A model generated the notes under the pieces. That model saw only the letters and a program-made list of their open reading frames with translations, did no database searches and was not told the origin of the DNA. Position numbers and translations under genes: made by a program. Shown here one piece after another: positions 1-13,500 of a stretch of 64,000 nt of DNA (positions are counted from its first letter, which is position 1; each line of letters opens with the position of its first letter). Source of the DNA: Ophelia neglecta (taxonomy: Eukaryota); assembly GCA_965285935.1 (NCBI GenBank), contig OZ260663.1, positions 111,600,001 through 111,664,000 on the forward strand. The letters are read 5' to 3'.

Positions 1-2341
1 TGATAGCGCACAGTATCTAGAGCAGTACATAATGCTCCAGTAGTAGATTATATGTTATGAATCGATTTAGAAACACTTAGAAACATTTATATCCAACTCG
101 GCCAATTCCGTCAGAGATGCTTTTTTACGGTTACGGATTGACACGACTGATGCGTTTTTCTGTTCATTGTTTTGCAGTGAGTTTCTACAAATGTATGCTA
201 TGCCTCTAGTGGTTAGGTGTTTATGTCTTTCAACCACTTTGGTCTGTGGCATAACAATGAAACGCCGCGAGGGCCATGATCATTATAGTCAGAATATCTG
301 TCTGTGACATACTAGGTAATAAAGTCAGACAATCCAATTTGCCTCTTGTAAGCCCCGTTTGTTGTTGATGACTTTAAGTCCTATGTCGTTTCAAGGAGGC
401 TGTAAGCCATCTGTGCCTTTGCTATGAGGCCGGCGAGCCATCGCATAAACGGGTAATTCCTACCGGCGGAGTCATGACCACCAGTTTTATTGTTTCTCTC
501 AAAATGTTTTAACGGTAAAGCATATGGTTCTTCCTAGTCTATTAGTTTAAACAGCAGTGCCTCTTACAATATGCCCCTTTAAGTTGTCGTCAGTTTTGTT
601 AAATTTAAATACGCTTATATATCTGTATGCATATTTATACTATGAAGACTGGGACATTTTTATATAACTACATACATATATAATCAATGGCTCATTACCC
701 ATTTCTTATAACAGAACAAATGAATAGACTATACGCTCAAACAATGAATACCTACACTATATCATGCATTACGGCAATAATCACAATATTGATACAGAAA
801 GATATATATGTACATGGTCAGGCAAGTCAGTGTCTAATCTGAAAAAATCACTATCGAATGCACACTCAGAATAATAACTTATATTACCATCTAAGTGCCA
901 GAAGTTGATCAAGGCTAATGGAAAAAGGGTGTTAATCATTTTCCTTGATGTGATTATTTTACACCCAAGAAACTACAATAATCAAAGCAGAAGAAAAATT
1001 CAAGGCAAAAACCATGTATTAGGAATATTTAGAAAAAAAATTTCAACAAACAACAGGCCATGAAACTAGAACATGTTTAAAGAGCTCGCTTTCACCCTGC
1101 CAAGGACGTGCGCGCCTTGCCGAGAGGACACTGACAGGAAACCCGCCGTTGAAAAGAGTAGACATCGCACTTCCTATCACCTAATCAACAAGAAGCAACC
1201 GCCCAAATCCACAGAATCAAAGCAAGGCAAACAATTTGGAACATGACATTTAAATATTTCTCTTTCAAAGTTTGACCCGTGATGAGCCAACCTATTGTTC
1301 GCTTGTATATTCCGGGAAATATTTGATATATTTAAAAATCTATCAGCTTGCGGTATAGCTGCGTATGGTGAAAGGTCGATGTACACTGTAAATTGATGCT
1401 TATAGACCCATTCATAAATGTATATGCTAATACCCGAAGTATTCCTTCTGATAGTATTGCTTAAGGGTGCATAATAGCCATAAGAAACTTGAGTATGATG
1501 GAATCGATACTTAGGGGCAAATGCCCTCTCTATCTTTTAATCTATTCACCGTCTGGTTTAGCTCCTCCATGTCATGTCAATAGCAGCCTTCTAAAAAGAA
1601 TCACCCTTTTTTGTTTTCTATTGAGATTTAGAGTATTTGATGAGTGATATTTTTTACTTACTTACATGGTTTTGTTTAGGTTTGTTATATTCATTGCCTT
1701 ACATTCATTAATTATCGTGCCTTTTTAATTTAGCGTTTAGCTCATTTTATGTAAAACATAAGTCAGTAATTGTTTAAATATGATCTTTATCCAGTCACCA
1801 CATCACGAATGAAGGCATCGCAAATCATAAATCAATGCAAAAATGATTTGATGGTTAAATTCTCCACACATACTTTCATTAATCAACATTCTATTCCTAT
1901 GTTAAGGGTCTTATTTGTAGTGCTGTTATAATTACACAGCATTTGTGAAGCATATGTTGTTATTAATTCAAGCAGCACATGCTTTCATTAAGGACCCAGA
2001 AAGCTTTCCTCGAGATTAATATATATCCTTGTTGAGCAATTTATTCATTGAATGCACACTATTTAGCCAGTTACCAACCATTAGTCTCCTTTTATTTTCG
2101 TGAAGCTGGAATTGGATCGGTCTGTGTCTGAGTAGTCGCCATCGGGAAAAGTGAGGCCAGCGGATTAATAGCCACTCTGCGGGAGGTAATTGAATGGGAT
2201 TTACTTTATGGAGCGTAAGCATCTACTTGTTATTATTTGAGTACAGAGTAAATAGCGCCGGTTCAATTGCGGCGTGATTAGTCTGCGCATTATGTGGAGG
2301 GCATGGCAATCAAGTGGAGTCACATCAATCACTGGATGTAG

Positions 2342-2351
2342 GCGCATGCGC
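2342..2351. promoter_or_regulatory. NRF1/Ewg-type palindrome GCGCATGCGC
   Basis: Exact consensus match at the end of a locally GC-richer block. Function is not demonstrated. Confidence 0.3.
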
Positions 2352-2917
2352 AAAGCTACTTCAGATAAAAGAAACTAACCGTTTGTTTGGTGTTAACCAA
2401 ACAGTGGTTGCTGTTTTGGGCATTGTTTTGAATTGATCAGCCCTCCAATGCTTGTTTTTTTCTGTTCATACCCTGGATACAAATCTTGCCTACAGGTTAA
2501 AATGAATTTTGCCAGACTGTTTAAATAGCTCGGAACTCGCGGTCTAGTGCTAAGCTACCCATCTGCTATGCCAAGTTAAATATTGTAACCAATTCGTGCC
2601 CATGCCCTGCCAATAACTTATCGATTTTCAATTGTCTTATGGAACGAATAATGGCCTAAAATAACCCGTCTGCGCCCTGGTGTCGCCTTCGCAGGGATTA
2701 TTAATATAGAATACCCATAAATCACCCTTCAAAGCATGAAATGTGGGCTTCTAAAAGTGTAAACGAGTGTTTAACATTCAGCCACACCGGTAAGTGTTTA
2801 GCCTATGTGATATTGTGTCAAATGTATTGAATATTTCACTTCAGGAAAACAGATATATATTAGTGTCCAGAGGTTTACTAGTAATAGTATTTTTTTGAAA
2901 AACTGTTAATTGACGTC

Positions 2918-3360
2918 ATAATAATAATAATATTATTTTATTCCTCCACTTTCTGGAGAGAGAACATAAATATGAATTTACACAAATATGGAATAAACTG
3001 AGCAAACAGCAGAAATGCGCTATAAAATAATACACAAGTACAAGTTTATAATGAGGATTACGAATATTCTATGTAAAGAAGCTCCTTACGAGTATTTCCA
3101 CCATTTATCCTATACACGTTACTACATGGAACCAGTTCTTTACTTCTGAAAGGATCTTTGCTCCATCTGGTTCTATAGCTGTTATAAGAGTGGCTCTCAG
3201 CTACTCGTATGAAACTCAACTGTCTGCCTATCAATATTTGGAAGCATGATCCATAGCTATTTGATTTGCAAATTATTGACAGGCAGATTGCAATTGTTCC
3301 CAGTACAGAACAGGTCGGGGCGCATTATAAATGAGGTCAATGATTTGAATTGGGCATATC
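2918..3360 (-). mobile_element. Very degenerate LINE 3' end, terminus similar to the 40.8-kb element
   Basis: tttattcctccactttctggagag (about 2937-2960) matches tttatttcctccaattttggagag (about 40828-40851), next to an (ATA)n tail. Confidence 0.4.
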
Positions 3361-4243
3361 GCTGCTCATGTCTCATACTTACAATAATATAACAATCAAA
3401 CGATTTTGAAGGGTGTTAATGCGGTGTGAATCATCCGACACTAATGATTATCAGCTTTGCATATAATAAATACCCCCCCCCCCCTCCCTTCGATACAGAA
3501 ACAGCAGGTCGCAATTAACACGTTCTGCCAAACCCACTGCCTTCATCCCTCATCCGGCACCCTTTCCATTGACCCCCCGCCCTTCGCACCACCCCACCGA
3601 ACTCTGCCAGTTCCAATAGTGTTATAAAACGTGGAAGCCTATACCCGGTAGACATAGTGCACTCATTTCTCATAAAATGTCTATTTAGGGTTATGAAGTA
3701 TTATATGACCAATCCAGTTCTGTGCCTCTCGTTCAGTGCCTCTAGTCATGAACATTAACTAGACTATGTGCCACCAGTTGTCTTTTTTGACGAAATTCAT
3801 TCTTGGCTAGATGTCCTATTAAGGGAATCGCTTGAGTAGATTGCCACTTTTACGCTAGTCATGAATACAAGTCTCGCCAAATAGGTATAGAAAGTCATAA
3901 ACGAGCTATCAAAAGAAGCATGGCCGTCTCGAATACGATGGGCGGATCCTCTTGTGTACAGGTGGTTGGATGCGTGGTCCACTCATATAGGTATTTTTTT
4001 CCATACTACTTCTTGACTTGATCGTATTATAGTTTGACTGCAGCTTAATTACAACCGAATATCCTGAGAACACGTTTAAACCGGATTTACAAAGCAAAAT
4101 AATTGATAACAAATATACATTATAACGGTTCGAATTCATCCGCCAGCTACATGCCCACCGCAACCCAAATAGGCAATATCACCACAGCCAGACTCCCTGC
4201 GAGGTTATGCGAATCACGAATAGCTCTGCCTCTATGCGTATAA

Positions 4244-4569
4244 TGTTGTGTTCGGAGACCTATATGGGACGTTAACAATGAGCATATATACACCTAAAGC
4301 TGCCAGACACTATGTTTCCCTGAAGGCCTCAGACATAGACATGGTATGTTTCCCGGAGCCCCATCTGCCGTCTGAAAACGGACTTATTGTGTCTGCTTAC
4401 AATGTTTATATTGTTGTGTTCCGAGACCTACATGGGACGTTAACAATGAACATATATACACCTAAAGCTGCCAGACAGTATTTTTCCCTGAAGGCCTCAG
4501 ACATAGACATGGTCCGTTTCCCGGAGCCCTATCTGCCGTCTGGGAATGGACTTATTGTGTCTGCTTACA
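4244..4569. repeat. Tandem duplication, 2 x 168 bp
   Basis: gtgttcggagacctatatggg at 4248 recurs at 4416. The ORF shows a 56-aa repeat. Confidence 0.9.
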
Positions 4570-7500
4570 TATCGGGTTAGAGGCCATGCGACATCCCATG
4601 AGTAATCTGTGAGTTATGTCAACATGAGGACCTCAGCTGCACCTGGACGACGAATGTCAGAATAATGTAGGCTCAACCGGGTATCAACATGAAAGAAACC
4701 GACCGAATATTGAAGGCTCATCCGGGTTTTAACATGAAGGAGGCCGACGCTGGTCATGACAACATGTCCAAAACCAGGATTCAATTAACACACTTGAACG
4801 TTTATTTCTTTAGAAAAAAACTGCCACTGTAATTAAGCAAATTATGAATCTTGGCCCATTCCAGATTCATATTTAAATGGTATTAAATCGAAGAGAATGT
4901 AATGTTTGAGAAATGCTTTGGAGATAGATCATGCCATTGATTCATGGAAAGAAAGTTTCAATCTTCCAAAGTCAATCAGAGTGATAACTTTGTATGATGT
5001 ACTGAAGCTCGCCGCTTTTCGCCCATAACATCCGACTGGAGCCCACGGCTCGGTATTTCTTTAAGTTGCAATTCCCATTCAAAGAAAGCATTTAACTCGG
5101 GACTTTGTTAAGAAAGCCAGGTCTGCAAATACGTTAAGCCCATTGTAATTCGTCCATGAGACAAATGGGGAAGCACTTGGTGTAGTGTTAATAAATGATG
5201 TTTGAAGAGGTTGAACAATAGGCAGGATGTATTGATCGTTGAATGTCTTTGTAACTGCCGAAACCTGCCTCATACCAAGACCAATTTGGTACTTTCATGC
5301 TCATATTATTTCTCTACTTAGACGTACAGACAGACACTGTATACAAAAGATCCCGTTGCTGCGTAACCAAAATACCATCTGTGGTGTGATGGTAGCTCAC
5401 CTGGGTTCAGTGGTCCTCCGGTGTGATGATCATGCCTTGTGCTTTAACTTTCCTTACAAATGCCACATCTAATTCGTTATTCACAGAAGGGAATTACAGC
5501 ACCGATCACTAACTCTTGGGTAAGATTTTGTTTTCATAGAGAACCCTGTGCTCAGCACTGTGCCAGGGGAAACGCAGAAAATAATCTTAGCTAAAATTCA
5601 ATGAAATTTTTCCAACGCTTATATTCCGTAACTCTACAAGGGTAGTATATATAAATCTTCATTAAGTTTTGTGGAACGCACATGAAATTGATCCGTTGAC
5701 AGTGCAGACCTCAGCCGGATTGATTTCTCAAGGCGGACATTTAGGACTTTGGGGGAGAGAATACCGCCACAATGTCGGAGTGATTAGAGCGTTGGTTACT
5801 TCACATCTTAGGCAATGACGTCAGGTGTAGTCTATGTTTTACAGATTATGCATGCTGTGACTTTATGGGGATCGACAAATGCATTGCATCTCATTGGGCT
5901 AACCTTATGTGGCTAATGTGTGCTAGTTAATTTAATGGTCATTTTTCCATCACCGACTTTCCTTTGATTGCCGAGAATCCACTGGCGTAGTTTTTGACTT
6001 GACTTCTTTAAAAATAAACATGTTCACACGGTTGAATACGGCGGTTGGACATGCTGCACTTTTATATTAATTATAACTGCTATTGGTCTTCCAGATCGTT
6101 CTACTTATCCTTTAAACCCGGTCACTTGATATCGACCATATCTGTGTAAACGACTGTGTCCGCTTCTATATCGATCAATGCATAGCGTTGAATATCTCAA
6201 TGGACTCAATCTGCCCTATTGCAAATCAATTTGTGTCTCAATCGTTCATATTTTATGTCTCGGATGTGTGACAATCCAATATCGCTGCTGTCACAAACAT
6301 CTAATATGGAAACTTTCCAGGTCTGTGCAACTGGAGGATCCTCAGTCATCAGGTGTCTTCTATAAACCAATGGAAAATTTGCCATAACAGATCACTAATG
6401 GAAATGAATAAACGACCCTATCAGCCTTTTATCCTTTAACTTCATAGACAGGAAAGTGATTTCCGCTGCCATCCTATGTTATCGAGGTCCTGGAAAACAG
6501 CCCCGCTCCCTTCTCCCGAACTTCATACCCCCCCCCCCACACACACACACACACAAACACCTCATCCCCGGTAAAAAGGGTTCAGTTTCATACATTCGGT
6601 CAAAAGACGGAATCAACTTGGATGATAAAATCACGGATAATTTAACGATCTAGAATCGATCGGGAGTGGACAACCGGCAGACAAAGCTAACTCATGTATT
6701 AGACATTACACCGGTCGAAACCCGTGAGGATCCACCAGCTGCAGGCCTAAAATCGACAAACCTCAGCGCCCATCAGTAAATAAACTTGTTAAAAAATTAA
6801 TAATAATCAATTTAAATCGAGGTCACTTGCAATGAGAAGTAGTATATAGGTTCCAATGCTGCGAGTCGGAGCATACAATAATCGAGTCCGTGGTTATCGT
6901 TGGTCAGAGGTGAAATATATTATAGGTGAGTGCATGAGGGTCTAGGCTTTTTTAAAACTTTGATACTAAAAATAATGTTCTGAATGAGCGAACACGGCAA
7001 TGATTGTTTGATATCCTCGATAGTGCATTGCTATTAGATGATAAGTTTATTAAGTAAACCAGTCACGCCATTATTGTATGTGAACACGCGCATCTGCAAC
7101 ATACAATGTTATATCGCAATGAAGCGGATGCACAAGTCCCTAAACCCTAGAATAAGCGGAAGGTATAACAGCCAAGCCTTATGGGAAATATAAAAATAAA
7201 TTGCTTGTAAATTTTGGCGTGCATTAAAATCAATGGGACAGGTAGTTTAACTTTTATTTTTATGTCAATTTTCTACGTTGTTAAAATAATGTGTTTGTGC
7301 TAGCTTTTGGTATAACGACCTGATATGTTAGCGCCAACGTTGTACCTTGTTGAAGATGATTTAAGCTGCATATATACTATGGACTTATCCTTCTACGGAT
7401 AAATGTTAGTATTGGAGAGAAGAATATCAACTGCCATTAATTGTGCGTTTGCTCATTATTCAATTATTTACACCCCTGCCAGGCGATGACAAGTTGTAAT

Positions 7501-10500
7501 TGATGATTACTAGCTCAGTACAGTAGCGGTGTGGCCCCTCTTTATCTCGAGGGACACAAGATTGATGACCTGGTTGGTGCTGTAAGGAAGGAATTAACGC
7601 TATTGCAAGTATGGCTTTGCTCCATATAGTTTATGCATGCACAGCTCTTAAAGAAAGCACAGTGGATAATTGGACATTACATTGCGTGAGGAAAACATTT
7701 TACTGTTCAGACCTTCGTATACACGTTTACATTTGCCATTTCTCTCTTCTTTATGAGTAAATTGCTAAACTATTCGCGAACTTTACAAAAGGTTCCGATT
7801 TGCCTTACATATACCCGTTCATGACCACACTTGAAAGGATGTGTCAAATGGTCGAGCGACGAGATTCGAGTTGAAAAAGCGAGGAGCAACATGAAAAGTC
7901 GAGAAGCGAGTTAAAAACGCGAGGGACCAGAAAAAGGTTAATAATAAGTCTATTACTTATCTGACACATTGTCCGACTCATCTGTTTAATGAGAAAAAAT
8001 ACTTGTACTTTAACCATCGTTCCGTTTACCCGTTTTTTATGTCATTCTCTTTTTCAACTCACTCCTCGCCGCTCGCCAATTTACCAACTCCACGATCATG
8101 AGGCAGTTACAGATATCCATAGTTCATACGTTTTGTCCAGACTTCTTAGTAAATTATCTGCATTATCAGCATTTTTATCGATCTGAAAAGAAAATAGAAA
8201 GGTATTTGCCATCCGTTAAGTAACCATCATTCATACGCTACTTCGACACCTAAATGGCAGCGAAATATAAATCACCAAATTGCTATACTTGGCCAAATAA
8301 CGGGAGTAGATGTTTTTTCACAGTAGAATCATACTCTTATTGGATGGAAGAAAGTAGTAAGACCAAGTGATAAACAGTGGTCAGAATTAGCAGCTGCTCA
8401 TTCGCCTGTGACTAATATGTTTGGGCGTTAGCTACAAACAGTTTACCAAACTATTGGTACTGGTGGGTAACAACTATGGCAAGCCCCCTGTCTGTTGTAC
8501 TCCATGCACTTTAAATCTATCCATTGATGATAATCCATTTGCGAGATATTTCATGAACGTTCTCATGGGTACTAATCGGGATATCATTTTATATTTTCAT
8601 TCATATTATTGTATTGCAACACAAGCCATTTAAACGTTACAACGCGTGTGATAAAGGCGGACAAACCAAATCTTGAATAAGATATATTTTATTACATCGG
8701 TCTAAAATCATCTGGTATAATCATCTTAATAACTAATTCGGTTCAAAAATCCCTTTAGAGTTAAGTTAATTGACTGGTGAACATGTAAAAATTGTATGCT
8801 AAAACCTCTAGTGAGTGTGTAGCCCACTAGTCTGATGAATAAAATTATTTCGATTGCCGGATAGTAATATTTCATGTCCTGCTTAATTCTTTTAAAACAA
8901 ATACTTTCGGGGTGATATTAACTGAATGGTTAGCAGCAGTGCTGGTGAGACGAACTTAACTTTTGGGACTGAATTTTACCCAAAGTATTTGCATTGCCGG
9001 AACAGTCTGGCTTCCCTAGCTTTCTCCACATTCATCAATGTCTAAATCGCATGGCCGCTGATGACATATGGGCTCATAAGGGATTTGGCTGGCAATTAGG
9101 GTCGAGAGATGACCTTGTTAAGTTATAGCAGGGCATGGTCAGGAATAGCTCTTCTACAGGCCTCCTCCCGCTCAGCACCTCCATGGAAGTTTATATATGG
9201 ATGATACTTAGAAAGGTACATCTATTATTTATATATAGGATATGAAAATAGCACAATAATTTGTCGATGCAAGCTTGTTAACCTGGTGCAGCTTACTGGA
9301 GAATGCCTATAGTCGAGCTGCCTAGCCAACTTTATACAGGTAGGATTAAACCAGTGAGAATAGCATAAAAGTAATTTAAAGCATACTTATCAATTTTAGA
9401 GCAGGGACACTGGCAGATTTCTTTACATGTGCTATACACGTAATATGCATTTAGCTGTAGAGCTTCAAGCTTCCTGACAGGCTCCTAACAGCTAGGAAGC
9501 TGGAAATGGAATGTTCAAGGACCGCAACAGAGGTCTCTGATGATGTCTTACCTTGTAATGTGATTTCCTATTAACGAATTATTGTGGACGATATTTTGCC
9601 ATGTTTGCTAGATATTCGCTTTTGTTTTATTTTTTTCGATGGGCCCTAACATGCTTCCCTATGATGCCTGACACCCAATCAATATCCCTGGCCCCTTATA
9701 AGGTTTTGCAGAGTGAGCTAGTTGGGGCAAAATAATAAAATGTCCACTCTTGCTAATACTGCTAAGGCTGAGAGTCATTATAAAGTCGATAATTTATCAG
9801 TAGCTAGAATTACTGTGCCCTCCTTACAGGAGAGTTATTTCAAATAACATTTCAGTTAATATCTTCGCTGTATGCCTCAGACCACATCGTCCCCGATGCA
9901 TTGGGACGCTATATTTCATTGCAGAGTAACTTGAGCTGGGTAAATAAGATAGGTCCAAGTCGATATTAGCGATATAACTACGCCCAGGGTGTATATTTAC
10001 CAACGTGAATGCGTTTTCCTCGTGAGTGGACTACACACTGAGGTTTATTGAGTTTTATTCACGAAAGCATGGTATCATTCAATGGAAATAACGGGCAAGA
10101 GAGGTTTGAACCATTTGACTATACGCTTATGAAAATCCATAAGGCACCACTGAGGCTTGAGGTTCAATATATCTCGGGAGTTGTCCTTACTCATGGCGCA
10201 TGAAAGTTTCGGTGGAAAGGTCTTACGTTAGAGCCATTGGTTGCTGACGTGAGAATGTCTTCGGTGATACAGCGTATTCACTGTAGTCCATAAGTAGGAG
10301 GTTTTTTGAATAATGAAGCTGCTTAGTTCATTGTTTAATGTGATGATTCAAGCCCAGGTTGAAGTTATACAGCGTCTTTTCTCCTTATTTCTAGGTTTGA
10401 TTCCGTGAACACGCTCACAGACTCTGGATTGGCTCTGGATTATTCTCAACCATTTTCCTTGTTTGGCGTGAATTGTCTCTGATTATTGGGTTTTCAGGCT

Positions 10501-13500
10501 GTGTATCTAGTTACATATTGAAACCATAAATGTCCCATTTTTTCACCCGTTTCTGGGGGATGTTTTACCTCAGAAACCGGTGAAAACAAATGGAAAATAT
10601 TTAGAATAATAAGCAGACACATAGAAATAAAATAAGTTCAAAATCGTCTAGAAGAGTTGGACCGTAACCTCACCACCCACTTAATACCTTTATAGCTTCC
10701 TTCTTCACGTTGACTTTATTCATATAATTAGTTCTCTTTACTTTTTATTCTGCCAGTCATATTAGAACCAACAGCACATGAAGGCCATGAAGGACGCACA
10801 CGGCAGTTTTCTGTACCAAATGTCCTTTCTTTTTGGAGACAATTAGTTCGTAATTTTTCATGGGTTAAACCAGTTAACATCTGGTAGCCTTTATTTAGTT
10901 ATGTTAACCTAGTATGAGATTGGCGGGCGCCAGAGCAGACGTCTGGGCGGCTAGGGGTCAAGAGATTGATAGCTACCCCCAAGGCGGTTATTGCATGGCG
11001 CAGGGTCTGCAGAGCGATGTGATTAGGACGCGGATTAGTCTAAATGCGGGGCAATCAGACTGGGTCTCATCAATCATGCACCATATCGCATGTACCAAGT
11101 CGTTTTTCCGCATTAGCCAAATACTGTAGATATATCTTTTGTACGAAGTATTGATGTGTAAGATCAAGTGTTCCATATTTTATATAAGTTTGCCGGGCCA
11201 ATGACCAGGGGGCTATTATTAACACATTGTCTGCAGGAAAACCATTAAATTCAGTCGATGGATTTAAGTAATAAGGCACTCCTTTAAATCGGAACTAAAT
11301 TAGTTATTTGTATTCCTGTTTATACATTCATTGTCAAATGGGTTGTTTTCGGATGAAATCTGTACATAATTCAAGTCTCGTTGTGCCAATAACTGACAGA
11401 CTACATAACTAAAACGTTCCCGTATTTTAATGCAATGATGTAAACATATGCTTATGTTATTATATATTAAAGCGAATCAGAATCAGTATAACCTAATATA
11501 TTCTCAAAGCAAATATTTAACCTTTGTAATGGAGATCACGATGATATTGCAAAAAGACATATTCCACACTATTACTTGCGGCTACATCGTCAATTAATGT
11601 GTGTAGAGGAAGATGTACAATCAATGAGAGCTACATGCAAGGGATGTAACTACACTCTTCATGGTGCAATTGGTCGTTCCAGAACAAATACCTAATGTAA
11701 ACCACTTCTGCAAAACGATACATGTCAAATCGACAATGATTAAGTTTGATACCAAAATGACTAGGTTAAAGATCAAATACAGCTTCCAAAAACCCAAATT
11801 GGCAATTTAAGATGTCTTAAGTATTTAATCCTGATTTGAATCAGATTAAAAGTTATGGTGGTTAAAGAAACCTGACCCAAATATAAAGTGGCTTTTTTTA
11901 CGGACTAAATGAACATTACTGGATAAGAGATATTGATATCAGCCGGACATCACTAGTTTTTTTTTTCTCATTGCACGATCGGCCTGCCATATATTCTGTT
12001 ATGATCTATGCATGTGTCCTGTATTCGGAAGATTTTAAGAATATCGTCTACATTAACATTGTAATAGCAGCGTTTATTTACCTGACAGTCTCTCTGATAA
12101 GTACACACAATCACATGGCTGAAACCCGTTTGATGGACGCGAACCCTTGTTTATTTGTTAAAAGTAAACGCCGTGTGTAATAAGGATAGTAATCATTACA
12201 CATAACCCGACCGATTGATATCTTACAGGTCAGTATAAACGAGCTCCTTGGCAAGATTATCAAAGATTACTATATTACGTTTAGCAATAGGGAACCAATT
12301 GATCCTTATTTCAGGGATCGACCTTTTCCTCAATCGTTCCTGGTATTCGGCCTGAACTATGGTCTTCCACCAGCGCTTTCCGCACACTTCCAACATTGAT
12401 TCAATTAGGAAAAAAAGTGAAGACACATCCTGTGAGAATATAAAGGTTATAAGAAAAAAAAAACTCCATAAACTCCCGATGACTTCACCAGGCAGATGTG
12501 ACGGGCATATATATAGATAATATAACACAAAGTGTGGAAATACTCCTGGAGTTTCCAGTGTTAGACACAGTGTACTCACGTTTACTTCGATAACCGGGAT
12601 ACTGAAGAAAACTACCGACACAAGCTTTTGGGCGTCTTTGCGGTCCCAGCCGAAAGCACGGACAGTTTTCTGTCCGCCAAATGAACTGTCAGAACGCATG
12701 CTTATAATGAGATTACCAAACAGAGGAGGAAAGAGTTACCAGTTGCTGTTTGCTCTTATCATATTTGGCAAGCCATATCCAAATCGATAAACACGGGCCT
12801 TTCTTAGAATCTGTTGTACTGTTAAGTTCAAAACAGAACAGTATGACAAGTAAGCCATTAGAAGAAATATCCTTTCTCAGCCATTGATTGCTTGTAGTGG
12901 CGGGGCTGAGCTTAAGGTGAATTATTTTAAAATTATAAGTCGGTGTATAGTGTCATTATAAAGCTTGACCCTTAATGAAGTACTTTTGTCTTTTGCCTTG
13001 GTAAAGTGATCAGACAGATAGCTTACGATGACGAGCTAGTGATCAATTTCAGGATATTTTCAATATATTAACAAGTCTGTAGTTTTGTTCGATGAATAGC
13101 TGTTCATACTATAGAAGAATGGATCAGATAAGTTTACTTTTCCACGCGGCAAAAAAATTAGACCGTTCCCCTTTCATTTGATGGGTTAGTGGTAAAGCTT
13201 TCATGTCATAATCTTATAATATGTGGTATGTGAAAATTGAAATGTTAGCCTGCACTTAGAAATTTTCCCGACAGAGAAGCCCGAGGAATCATAAGAAGCT
13301 AGTTGCTTGGCGTTTGTCATATCAGTCTGTAGAGCCCAAAACTTGAACTTTTCATCCTAAAACCAGCCTGCTTCATTTAGTATTAAATACTATGTCTATG
13401 TGTATACCACAGGACCCATTTATTATAGTTGTTCTCACATAACCCTACCGATGCTGGGTATGGCTCTTCGTCGTTTAAGTCAGTTAAAACTAAAGGCGGC

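Noticed and set aside
12223-12699. 158-aa minus-strand ORF
   Set aside because: No recognisable domain or splice support.
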